A stretch of DNA of 64,000 nucleotides from positions 47,926,001 to 47,990,000 of the forward strand of contig OX597832.1 in the NCBI GenBank assembly GCA_951406725.2, written 5' to 3'. The translations under genes and the position numbers were made by a program. Positions 49,758-61,217 of this stretch are shown here, piece by piece. The notes under the pieces were generated by a model. It did not search any database and was not told the DNA's origin. It worked only from the letters and a program-made list of their open reading frames with translations. Within the stretch, counting starts at the first letter, position 1, and each line of letters begins with the position of its first letter. The DNA is from Octopus vulgaris. Lineage: Eukaryota.

Positions 49758-51091
49758 TGTGTGTCATTGTCTGTGTTTGTCCCCTCACCATCACTTGACA
49801 TCTGGTATTGGTGTGTTTACATCCCACGTAACTTAGTGGTTCGGTAAAAAGGCCAATTGAATAAATACTAGGCTTTAAAAAAAAATAAGTCCTGGGGTCA
49901 ATTTGTTTGGCTAAAACCCTTCAGAGCAGTGTTCCAGCATGGCCATTGTCAGATGACTAAAACAAGTAAAAGAATAAAAGAAATATATATATATATATAT
50001 AGATTCAAATGAATATGGTACTTAATTTAGATGCACCAGAAATTGATATGAAAATTTTTGTATTAATGGAAAAACCTCTATAATTGGCTGATGAGTGCTC
50101 AGCATTTTAAAACTGTTGTAATACTTACAACATTTAATAAAATGATGTAGTACGAAACGATCGTACCAAATTACCGGAGTCATTCTTGTTGCTTATTTTG
50201 TATATATATATATATGCATGCTAGGTAAGCATTGTTGAAGTTAGGTAAAATGTCATTTGGAGGTGGAGAGTGTCAGAGCAGCGTACTGATGGGGTATAGT
50301 GATGGGGGTGGGGAACCGGTGGGGTTTGTCATTAGAGGTGACAGTGAGAAGGTTACTACTGCAGAAGTTCAGGTTTTACTCTTGGCAGTATTTCATGCTG
50401 AGGTTGTGGAACAGCCAACTGCCTGCACCACCAAACCTCACCTCACCTTCAAGCATTTTATGCAACCCCAGTTTTTGACATCCCTAAATTTTCCTTTTGT
50501 TCCACTCCGCTCAGCCCGACCGAGAAAGTAGGGTATTTCGTGTGAAGACAGAAATCTTTTAAAGGCCTGAACTTGCTACCAACAAATATATTTGGCGCTC
50601 TGTTGTATCTGTATGTCAACCATACCGCCCACAGAGATCTTTATCTCGAGTGTAAAAATAGGTTTGGGAAGATAATGTGTGCTGTGTATAATATATATAT
50701 ATAGATATAGATATAGATATATTATGTATGTGTAGCATTGTGAAAGGTGTGTATGTGTGTTTTGCTTGTATATGTGAACAGATACTCTCCTATGACTTTG
50801 TGTGTCTGTGTGTACCTGGTTTAGTTATGAGGCTCTTTACTTCTCATCATACACTATCAACTTTGTAAGAACTAACTCTTCGTGTATTTAAAATACAATA
50901 AATAAATAGCATTTTTAACCAGCTGCACTTTATAAACTCTGTATGTGTGTGTGAGAACGAGATAAAGAGAGAGAGAGTGAAAGAGTGTGTGTGTGTGTGT
51001 GTGAGAGGATCTCTGGTGTGATTTACTTTTTGCGCCCCGAGTTTTTATAAGAATGCATTAGCTGTTAGAGGTAGGTTCTACTTTGTGCGTG

Positions 51092-51127
<36 letters not shown>

Positions 51128-53081
51128 CACACTATGTTAATCAGTGTCGCTCGCTCGCTCGCTGAGTGAAGATCAGGTAGATGGGGGGGTATTGCTCTCG
51201 GTGTGGTGTGCAGTGTACCACAGAAGATAGCTGAAGAACCATATGTGAGTTTATAAGTAGGCCATCAGAAGGGAGAGAGAGAAAGAGATAGAGAGAGAGA
51301 GAAGAAAAAAAAACAGGTGAGGAAAAGAGAAGGGGGAGAAAGAAAGCGAGAGAGAGAGAGGGGGAGGGGAAGGTTGTTGAGTTGTTTGTGAGCTATGATA
51401 TGTGCTTGATGCAGTTCTTCCTCCTCCAGCAGTACAGGAAAAGGACAGAAGCATTTTTGCCTGGAGAAGAAATGAGAGAGCGGTAGCGTGAGGAGAGGAG
51501 ACGGGGGGAGGGGGGGTATATAGAAAGGGAGAGAGAGAGAGAAAAAAAAAGGAATGAGGTGGAGGAGGGGAGGGAGGGAGGGTCAGTGGATAGGAAGCGT
51601 GTTCGAGTGATGAGAGTTGCTGATTGTTATTATTGATAATAACGATGCAAGTAATAGTATTTTCATTTGATGTTACAAGTATACTATCTCATTGCAGTGT
51701 TTCTTGCTTAGACTTTGCCTCTCTCTCTCTCTCTCTCGCATATTCTCTATTTAAGGATTCTAAGACGAGAGTTTTGTGCTGTCTTTGTTAGTTCCTCCTC
51801 CTCCTCCCCCCTCCCCCCCCCCGCTATCTTACAAGGCCAACAGCAGTGAATGGTTAGATCTGGAGGGAATTAAACAGAGATATTATTGCCAAGAACATGG
51901 CACAAGCAAATCCCAAAAAACCTCACGGTGATGATGCTTGGTTGGTTGGTTGGTGGGAAATGTGCCTGAGATACATTAAGTATATCCGAGCAGTTTAGCT
52001 GAAGAAATCATCATCATCATCATCATCATCATTATACAAGAGATGCATTGACTAAAGAAAGATCCTCCGAGGCAGTCACCATTCTGAGATAAAGCCAAAC
52101 TGTGGTGTGATACTATTCAACTAACAATAAAGTTTGAATGCATCATCATCATCATCATCATCATCATCATTTAGCATCCGTAGAAACATTACCAGATCAG
52201 ACTGGAGCCTGGTGCAGCCTTCTGGCTTCCCTGATCCCCGGTCAAACCGTCCAACCCATGCTAGCATGGGTTGGACGGTTCAACTGGGGTCTGTGAAGCC
52301 GGAAGGCTTCATCAGGCCCAGTTAGATCTGGCAGTGTTTCTACGGCTGGATGCCCTTCCTAACGCCAACCACTCCCTGAGTGTAGTGGGTGCTTTTTACG
52401 TGCCACCCACACAGGTGCCAGACAGAGCTGGCAAACGGCCACGAACGGATGGTGCTTTTACGTGCCACCGGCACAGGGGCCAGGCGAGGCTGGCAACGGA
52501 CGAATCCTAAATGGTCAGAATAGTTCTTTACTTGGTGACAAGCATAAATAAACTAACCATCTACGTATCATGCTTTTATTCATTAAATTTGCCATGCTGT
52601 AGGCGCGGGCATGGCTGTGCGGTTAGGGAGCTTGCTTCCTGGCTACATGGTTTCGGGTTCAGTCCCACTGCGTGGCGCTTTGGGCAGGTGTCTTCCACTA
52701 TAGCCCCCGAGTCGACCGGAGCTTTGTGATTGAATTCGGTAGGCGGAAGTTACTGCCGTGTGTGTATGTGTGCGTATAGCTGCTCAGTGCCTCTCCGAAA
52801 GAGAGAGAGAGGGATATAGGCAGCACATAGATAAGGTAGCTTTGCGGGCTGGTCATAGACATTGATGAGGCGAATGATTATGATACAGAAATGATAAAGA
52901 TGGGGGAAGACAGAAAGTGCCCGCCGACCCTCTGCATCTCTAAAACATTGTTCTTTAAAAACGCATATATAGAGGTATTAACCCTCTTACAATTTAAAAT
53001 ACAATATATTTGGACTAAAAAGTCCATACAATTATAAGACACAATTTATACACAAATTAGAGGTGATAAATTTCTACAATA

Positions 53082-53475
53082 GGCGCAGGAGTGGCTATGT
53101 GGTAAGTAGCTTGCATACCAACCACATGGTTCCGGGTTCAATCCCACTGCGTGGCACTTTGGGCAAGTGTCTTCTACTATAGCCTTGGGCCGACCAAAGC
53201 CTTGTGAGTGGATTTGGTAGACAGAAACTGAAAGAAGCCCGTCGTTTATATGTATATACATGTATGTATGTATGTGTGTGTGTGTTTGTTCCCCTAGCAT
53301 TGCTTGACAACCGATGCTGGTGTGTTTATGTCCCCGTTACTTAGCGGTTCGGCAAAAGAGACCGATAGAATAAGTACTGGGCTTACAAAGAATAAGTCCC
53401 AGGGTCGAGTTGCTCGATTAAAGGCAGTGCTCCAGCATGGCCGCAGTCAAATGACTGAAACAAGTAAAAGAGTAA
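53082..53475 (+). mobile_element. SINE family A, full length
   Basis: Family A consensus. Confidence 0.9.
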
Positions 53476-54115
53476 AGTGAGAGTAATCTTTCCCTGAGTA
53501 ATTTTCTTGCAACTTGCAGGCATTCCTGCAACTGCAATCTGGGGCTCCAAAAAAGAATTCTATAATTCTCATTTTTACATGTGTCAATTATAAGATCACT
53601 GTGCTTTCTTTCCAGCACCAGAGCAGCCACCTTGCGAAGGCCACTCTGGGCTCTCAATACCAGTCACGTCCCTCAGAACCTGACTATCCATATCATTCTC
53701 CACGAAACTGTCAATAGCCCCTCCCCTGAGATAGCAGAACATATATTCTTCACCACTTTCACTGGGAGGGGCCTCAACTCCATCACTCGGTGGCACACAT
53801 CCCACTGATGAGGTTATCTTCTTCCCCCACTCCGGTGGTATCTATGTATCATACCAGACTTTAAAAAAAAGTTCTGGAGTCAATTCATTCGGTTAAAAAA
53901 TTCTTCAAGGTGGTGATGCCCCAGCATTGCCACAGTTTAATGACTGAAACAAGCAAAAGATACTCATATTTGAAAGTACAGAATTATATGACAGTTTGTC
54001 CACAAGGAATGTCAAAAAACATCATGTTTTATGCTTTGTGCTTTTATAATTCTTAGACTGTGTAAGGGAAATATCCACACTGTTTGTCTTACTAATTATT
54101 TTGCTTTGTTTTCAG

Positions 54116-54198
54116 ACTTTTAGAGAGAGTATCTCGCTTCCGAGGAGTCAATCGAGAAAAAGGGGAACTGAATGCTGCATCATGGTTCACTCGACCAG
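54116..54198 (+). CDS. Exon 10, bromodomain (helix Z to ZA loop)
   Basis: CTAAT branch-like site and TTTTCAG acceptor, phase 2. Encodes LLERVSRFRGVNREKGELNAASWFTRP. Donor GTTAGT, phase 1. Confidence 0.9.
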
Positions 54199-54265
54199 GT
54201 TAGTGTCTTGCTATTATATTTAATTAATTAAAAAAGAGGCTTAGTATTACCGTGAGTTAATAAAA

Positions 54266-54848
54266 GGCGGTGAGCTGGCAGAAATGTTAGTACGCTGGGC
54301 GAAATGCTTAGCGGTATTTCGTCTGCTGTTACGTTCTGAGTTCAAATTCCGCTGAGGTCGACTTTGCCTTTCATCCTTTCGGGGTCAATAAATTAAGTAC
54401 CAGTTAAGCACTGGGGTCGATGTAATCGACTTAATCCGTTTGTCTGTCCTTGTTTGTCCCCTCTATGTTTAGCCCCTTGTGGGTAATAAAGAAATAGGTA
54501 TTTCGTCTGCCGTTATGTCCTGAGGTCGACTTTGCCTTTCATCCTTTCGGGGTTTATATATTAAGTACCAGTTACGCACTGTGGTCGATGTAATCGACTT
54601 AATACCTATGTCTGTCCTTGTTTGTTCTCTCTGTGTTTAGCCCCTTGTGGATAGTAAAGAAATAGGTATTTCGTCTGCCGTTATGTTTTGAGTTCAAATT
54701 CTGCTGAGGTCGACTTTGCCTTTCATCCTTTCGGGGTCGATAAATTAAGTACCAGTTACGCACTGGGGTCGATGTAATCGACTTAATCCGTTTGTCTGTC
54801 CTTGTTTGTCCCCTCTCTGTTTAGCCCCTTGTGGGTAATAAAGAAATA
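54266..54848 (+). mobile_element. SINE family B trimer with 16-bp TSD
   Basis: Head plus bodies starting at 54314, 54498 and 54666. AGTATTACCGTGAGTT at 54243-54258 and 54849-54864. Confidence 0.92.
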
Positions 54849-54908
54849 AGTATTACCGTGAGTTGTATGTATGCCCCCAATTTATTGTGAATTCCTTGCC
54901 ATTTTCAG

Positions 54909-54988
54909 TGGATCCACTTGAGGCCCCTGACTACTACACCATTGTGAAGAATCCTATGGATTTCAGCACGATACGGAAACGATTGGAG
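54909..54988 (+). CDS. Exon 11, bromodomain (ZA loop, helix A)
   Basis: TTTTCAG acceptor, phase 1. [27 protein letters not shown] is the canonical PDYY..I..PMD bromodomain signature. Donor GTGAGC. Confidence 0.95.
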
Positions 54989-55171
54989 GTGAGCTTCATT
55001 ATTACTCACTAAAGACACAGGCTGCAATTGTGTGATTTTAGGCCTATTTTACAGCACTCCAAACACAGATACATATGCTTGTGTGCACACAACACAAAAT
55101 AACCAACTGTAGAAGTTACCATGCTGTATTCAACAGTGTTATATTACACACAACATTTAACAGTGAATTAT

Positions 55172-55565
55172 TTCCAAATAACACTCTACATTTAATAGTG
55201 GATTATTATCAAAATAACACTCTACATTTAATAGTGGATTATTATCAAAATAACACACTACATTTAATAGTGGATTATTATCAAAATAACACACTACATT
55301 TAATAGTGGATTATTATCAAAATAACACACTACATTTAATAGTGGATTATTATCAAAATAGCACACTACATTTAATAGTGGATTATTATCAAAATAGCAC
55401 ACTACATTTAATAGTGGATTATTATCAAAATAGCACACTACATTTAATAGTAGATTATTACCAAATAATCCTGCATTTAACATTGGGTTATTTAACAAAT
55501 AACACTGCATTTAGCAGTAGATTATTACTAAATAATACACTACATTTAGCAATGGAATATTACCA
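55172..55565. repeat. 36-bp minisatellite (about 8 near-perfect copies plus degenerate ones)
   Basis: Unit AAATAACAC(T/A)CTACATTTAATAGTGGATTATTATCA. Confidence 0.92.
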
Positions 55566-55969
55566 AATGACATACTTCATTTAGCTGTTTTTTATGTTGG
55601 ATTTTTCTCTGCTGGCAGAGGTTAGGTGAATATTTGAGCCAGTTGCTAAATTTTACTGTTTTACAAGTACTCGGGCAGTCTCATGCGAAGAAATAGAAAT
55701 GACAACTTTGTACATATGCATACAGACACACACTCGTACACATATTACAGTGGGATTTTCAGCAGATTATTTGCTATAACGATATTTCTGCTTCAGCAAC
55801 TCAACACTGAATCTGTCTGAAATGTCATGGGAAATAGGTCAGTTTGAAAACATTAATATCCAGGTCGCAAAAGTAAAGTTTGATGGGAATAGTAGTCATT
55901 TCATTTGATTTCTAAATTGAAGCAAATAGGAAATAACACTTACTGACCAAAGACATAAAAATTTTGTTA

Positions 55970-56250
55970 GCACCAACCGATCGTGGCCGTTGCCAGCCTA
56001 TCCTGGCACGTAAAAAGCACCATCCGTATGTGGCCAATGCCAGTGCCGCCTTGGCTGGTTTCCGTGTCGGTGGCATGTAAAAAGCACGCACTACACTCAC
56101 GGAGTGGTTGGCGTTAGAAAGGGCATCCAGCTGTAGAAACACTGCCAGATCAGACTGGAGCCTGGTGCAGCCTCCTGGCTTCCCAGACCCCGGTCGAACC
56201 GTCCGACCCATGCTAGCATGGAAAGCGGACGTCAAACGATGATGATGATG
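55970..56250 (+). mobile_element. Family C retroposon
   Basis: Family C consensus with (GAT)n tail. Confidence 0.8.
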
Positions 56251-56989
56251 AGTATAATAGAGAAGCCTAAGATCTTGGCACAGACAAACACTCTACTGTT
56301 AATAGTAAAATAAATATTATTTAGACCACGCTTGTAAAAGTATCTACTTCAAAATAAAACTAACTATTCTAGCTCTGCTCATTTGATGCTTTAATTATAA
56401 AAATGTACACAAATATTACTTTACACTTCACATATAGTTGTATTGCATGCGTGTGTGTGTGTGTGTGTGTGTTATCATAAATATATTCTTTTAATTTTAA
56501 AATCTTAAGAATGCATATTATGGTGTGACAAGTATGCTGTTTATCAGATATCTGATAAATTCAAAGCAATCTTGATTTCTAAATATTTGCAGACTGAAAA
56601 CCCACGTAAAGCCCACTTCATTGAGAAGTAGGCTGTATACGAAGCAAAGTATATTTTTACACTGTTATCAGCATACAGTTGTTTTCCTTGTAGTTTAAAC
56701 AGGCTTCATTTTAATTGTCATGCTCAGCAATATTTTTGTTTAACCCTTTTGTTTCTAGCTTTCCTCAGAGCACCCACACCCTCCCGGTTCTGTATGACAC
56801 AAACATCCTGTTTTAGGGTGATGTAAATTAAGACCTTCCATCAAAAATTTCATGCTAGTTTCAATTACAAACACCGACTTAATAATGACTGTTATTTTAC
56901 TAAATTGTTAGTTATTTTTAAAAATCACTTGAAACAAAGTGAGTGTATTTCAAGAGAAATATGGTAACAAGAGTTTAATAAATACTGTC

Positions 56990-57021
<32 letters not shown>

Positions 57022-57084
57022 ATAATTATATATCATCATCATCATTTAACGTCTGCTTTCCATGCTAGCATATATATATATATA

Positions 57085-57862
57085 AAATCAAAATCAAAAT
57101 CGATCAACATCAATGGAAATTATAGCTGTGATACCAGTGCCGGTGGCACATAAGAGAACCATCCGAACGTGGCTGTTGCCAGCGCCGCCCCAACTGGCCT
57201 CTGTGCCGGTGGCACGTAAAAAGCACCATCCAATTGAGGCCATTGCCAGCCTCACCTGGCACCTGTGCTGGTGGCACGTAAAAAGCACCCACTACACTCA
57301 CGGAGTGGTTGGCGTTAGGAAGGGCATCCAGCCGTAGAATCATTGCCAGATCAGACTGGGCCTGTGCAGCCTTCAGGCTTCCCAGACCCCAGTTGAACCG
57401 TCCAACCCATGCTAGCATGGAAAGCGGACGCTAAACGATGATGATGATGATATATATAGGTGTTAGGAAGGGCATCCAACCATAAAAACCGTGCCAAAAC
57501 AGACACAGAAGTCTGGTGCAGTCTTCTGCCTGGCCAGCTCCTCTCAGACCATCCATGCCAGCATGATGGAAGGCAGATGTTAAACGATGATCACACATAC
57601 ACATGCACAAACATACATACATGCACACATATACATACATATATGTGTGTGTGTTGCCAGCTTTGCCTGGTACCTGTGCCAGTGGCACGTAAAAAGCATC
57701 CACTACACTCTCAGAGTGGTTGGCATTAGGAAGGGCATCCAGCCGTAGAAACATTGCCAGATCAGACTGGAACCTGGTGCAGCCTTCTGGCTTCCCAGAC
57801 CCCCGGTCAAACCATCCAACCCATGCTAGCATGGAAAACGGACATTAAATGATGATGATGAT
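57085..57862 (+). mobile_element. Cluster of family C copies (near-complete copy at 57085-57450 plus two 3' fragments)
   Basis: Three successive TAAA(C/T)GATGAT tails. Confidence 0.8.
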
Positions 57863-57909
57863 GTGTGTGTGTGCACAACATACCATAAACCAGAAGTACT
57901 GAAATTTAT

Positions 57910-58246
57910 TTAAATATTAGAAAGCTTCTTCTGTGGTACTGAACTATAAAATTGTAAATACAATCCTTCTATGCTTTTGATGTGGGGTGGGTCTCCTGGC
58001 AGACCCCTTCACAATTTAGTGACCACGTCCCCAGAGATGTACTCAGTTTCCTTCTCCTGTTTATAGCATAGAATATACTTAAATATTAGAAAGCTTCTTT
58101 CTGTGGTACTGAACTCTAAAATTATAAATACATTCGTTCTATGCTTTTGATGTGGGGTGGGTCTCCTGACAGACCCCTTCACAATTTAGTGACCACATCC
58201 ACAGAGATGTACTCTGTTTCCTTCTCCTGTTTATAGCATAGAATAT
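57910..58246. repeat. 169-bp tandem duplication (2 copies plus a diverged third at about 58400-58520)
   Basis: TTAAATATTAGAAAGCTTC starts at 57910 and 58079. Confidence 0.9.
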
Positions 58247-58707
58247 TCGGCTGCTATATGAAGCAGTCAGAGATTAAGTTATTACTATGATGGAAAGCTT
58301 AAGTTTGATATTTGTGCTTTAGTTGGCTCTTCGCTAGCGAGACAGCATATTTTCTTTATACACAAAACCACCATGAATCAGCAGTATCAAATTAAACTCG
58401 AATATTAGGAAGCCTTAGCTGTGCGAGAAAATTAAGAATGTAAACACTTTACATATGTGCTTTTGATGTGTGTGGGGGGGGGGGGAAACGAGGAGAAGTT
58501 TCCTGGTGAACATTTCCATGATTTGCCCACCACTACTCGATCCTCGTCATTTTGTGTTAATTTTTCTGTGCTGGGATGGTTCTGGCATACCCTTTCATGA
58601 TATGGTTTTTAGCATATGATAGTTTTCATCTTTTACCATCTGTTGCACACACAACAGAGGTAACTGATGAACTCTGTTCTTGTGTATTCAATGTGTGTGT
58701 GTGTATA

Positions 58708-58916
58708 TCTTTTACTTGTTTCAGTCATTTGACTGTGGCCATGCTGGAGTACTGCCTTTAGTCGAGCAAATCGACCCCAGGACTTATTCTTTGTAAGCCC
58801 AGTACTTATTCTATCGGTCTCTTTTGCCGAACCGCTAAGTTACGGGGACTTAAACACACCAGCTTCGGTTGTCAAGTGATGTTGGGGGGACAAACATATA
58901 CACAAACGTACATATT

Positions 58917-58949
<33 letters not shown>

Positions 58950-59192
58950 CCCTCTCTCTCTTTCGGAGAGGCACAAGCACCTACACGCACATATACACAC
59001 ACGGCAGTAACCTCCACCTACCGAATTCAATCACAAAGCTCCGGTCAGCTCGGGGCTATAGTGAAAAACACCTACCCAAAGTGCCACGCAGTGGGACTGA
59101 ACCCGAAACCATATAGCTAGGAAGCAAGCTCCCTAACCACACAGTCATATATATATATATATATATGTACATATATATATACACACATATAT

Positions 59193-59237
<45 letters not shown>

Positions 59238-59446
59238 CATATATACACACATATATATACACACACACACACACACATATATACGACGGGCTTCTTTCAG
59301 TTTCCGTCTACCAAATACACGCAGAAGGCTTTGGTCGACCTGAGGCTATAGTAGAAGACACTTGCCCAAAGTGCCTCATAGTGGGACTGAACCCAGAACC
59401 ATGTGGTTGGTAAGCAAGCTACTTACCACACAGTCACTCCTGCACC
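58708..59446 (-). mobile_element. SINE family A with a nested variant-subfamily copy and expanded microsatellite
   Basis: Tail at 58708, head at about 59446, insert at about 58950-59145. Confidence 0.8.
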
Positions 59447-59794
59447 TTATGTTGAATAAAATCATAATTAACTGGTCCTTCTGTATTTTCTTTTACCCAA
59501 AGTCAAGAATTCTTCAGCACCCCACTTTGTGTGTGTGTGTGTGTGTGTGTGTATATAAAACTCAAGTACATCTGTTTTTCCTCTACATTTTTCTATCTCC
59601 ATCTGTTTTCTCTCTTCACCTATCCAGTCTGAAGATGAGCATAGGCTCGAAACATCAACGACCTCTTTCATTTTTTTCTAGAGCGTCGAATTAATGCACC
59701 CTGTTTGTTGTTGTTTCACCTGCCTCTGTATTTTGTATTATTTTCTGTGCATTTTTGAAATATGTATATATAAATGTCTATTCTCTTATTTCAG

Positions 59795-59959
59795 TCTGGA
59801 TATTATACTACAATGGAAGATTTCCATAGTGATATGTCATTGGTACGTGATAACTGTGGGTTGTACAATCCACTCGGCAGCTCTGTCCAGAGAGACTGCC
59901 AAGAAGTATTTGCATTTTATACTCAAGAGTATGAGAAAATAGTTGGCAAATTGAACAAG
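59795..59959 (+). CDS. Exon 12, bromodomain (helices B and C)
   Basis: TTTCAG acceptor, phase 0. SGYYTTMEDFHSDMSLVRDNCGLYNPLGSSVQRDCQEVFAFYTQEYEKIVGKLNK contains the Y..F..D..L...NC..YN signature. Donor AAG|GTAAAT. Confidence 0.95.
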
Positions 59960-60021
59960 GTAAATATCTCTATTATCTCGAAAAATTTTGTTTGTGATAT
60001 TTCTCCAGTTGGTTTACAAGT

Positions 60022-60252
60022 TTAACCCTTTCGTTACTGAATTTTTATTTTGAGATGCTCTGTGTTTCTTTAAATTACTTTAAATATAACAAAAGAATTT
60101 TGTAAAATAACTTAATTGTCGTTAAGCTAGTGTCAGGAACATTATTTGTGACTAAGGTTTGGTGGAAGATTTTAATTCAGAACTTACGAAAATAAGACAT
60201 TTGTACTCAGAGCCAGAGCCGGTTTCAGCCGGATTGGTAACGAAAGGGCTAA
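60022..60252. mobile_element. piggyBac-like MITE
   Basis: TTAACCCTTTCGTTAC ... GTAACGAAAGGGCTAA. Confidence 0.85.
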
Positions 60253-60282
60253 TAAAGTCATTTTAAATATATCTGCCTAAAG

Positions 60283-60483
60283 CAGTGGTTTTCAACCAGG
60301 GTTCCGCCAGTAGAGTCCAGGGGTTCCGCAAGAAGTTACAAAACTGCTAAAATCAGCAGTAATTTTTAATTCTCCTGTGCAGATATGTGTGCATAAGACT
60401 ATTAAATTATTGCACAGGGGTTCCTTGAGCCAGTGGAATGTTTCCTTGGGGTTCCACTCCAGCAAAAAGTTTGAAAAGCACTG
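60283..60483. mobile_element. hAT (Charlie-like) MITE
   Basis: TIR CAGTGGTTTTCAA / TTGAAAAGCACTG. Degenerate 8-bp TSD GCCTAAAG/GTCTAGAC fits the NTCTAGAN preference. Confidence 0.75.
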
Positions 60484-60746
60484 GTCTAGACTATTCATGC
60501 TGGAGCTCTCTACTATAATCTAACAGGAATTCTTCATTTTTAGATAACAGCCTGAGGCTGCTACGGAAGCTGCTGCATAGAGTGGCAAGTTCTTTCTGCC
60601 CTAATGAACCTACACTTGAATGGATTTGGCTCTTTGAGAGTGGAATGACTTTAGCTGCTAACACTCTGTACTTTTAGTGAAAGAGTATGAACTGGTGATT
60701 TCATGATTGATTTTGTCTGTTACCTTAATGACAAGGCCGCATAGCC

Positions 60747-61217
60747 ATATTTCGTCTGCCGTTACATTCTGAGTTCAAATTCCGCCGAGGTCGACTTTAC
60801 CTTTCATCCTTTCGGGGTCGATAAATTAAGTACCAGTTACGCACTGGGGTCGATGTAATCAACTTAATCCGTTTGTCTTTCCTTGTTTGTCCCCTCTATG
60901 TTTAGCCCCTTGTGGATAGTAAAGAAATAGGTATTTTGTCTGCTGTTACGTTCTGAGTTCAAATTCCGCCGAGGTCGACTTTGCCTTTCATCCTTTCAGG
61001 GTCGTTAAATTAAGTACCAGTTACGCACTGGGGTCGATGTAATCGACTTAATCTGTTTGTCTTTCCTTGTTTGTCCCCTCTATGTTTAGCCCCTTGTGGG
61101 TAGTAAAGAAATAGGTATTTCGTCTGTCTTTGTGTTCTGAGTTCAAATTCTGCTGAGGTCGACTTTGCCTTTCATCCTTTTGGGGTCGATTAAATTAAGT
61201 ACCAATTACGCACTGGT
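60747..61217 (+). mobile_element. SINE family B array (about 2.5 bodies)
   Basis: Bodies start at about 60747, 60931 and 61115 (184-bp period). Confidence 0.9.

Noticed and set aside
54314-54497. SINE B tandem unit as a hammerhead retrozyme
   Set aside because: No CUGANGA/GAAA core found on either strand by eye. It has a Pol III B box and a LINE-like tail instead.
43413-55565. 30-bp and 36-bp repeats as CRISPR arrays
   Set aside because: Units are contiguous with no unique spacers, there are no cas genes, and the context is a eukaryotic intron.
54116-59959. Naming the gene BPTF, BAZ, GCN5 or a BET protein
   Set aside because: The adjacent diagnostic domains (PHD, HAT, second bromodomain, ET) are not seen, so no symbol is assigned.
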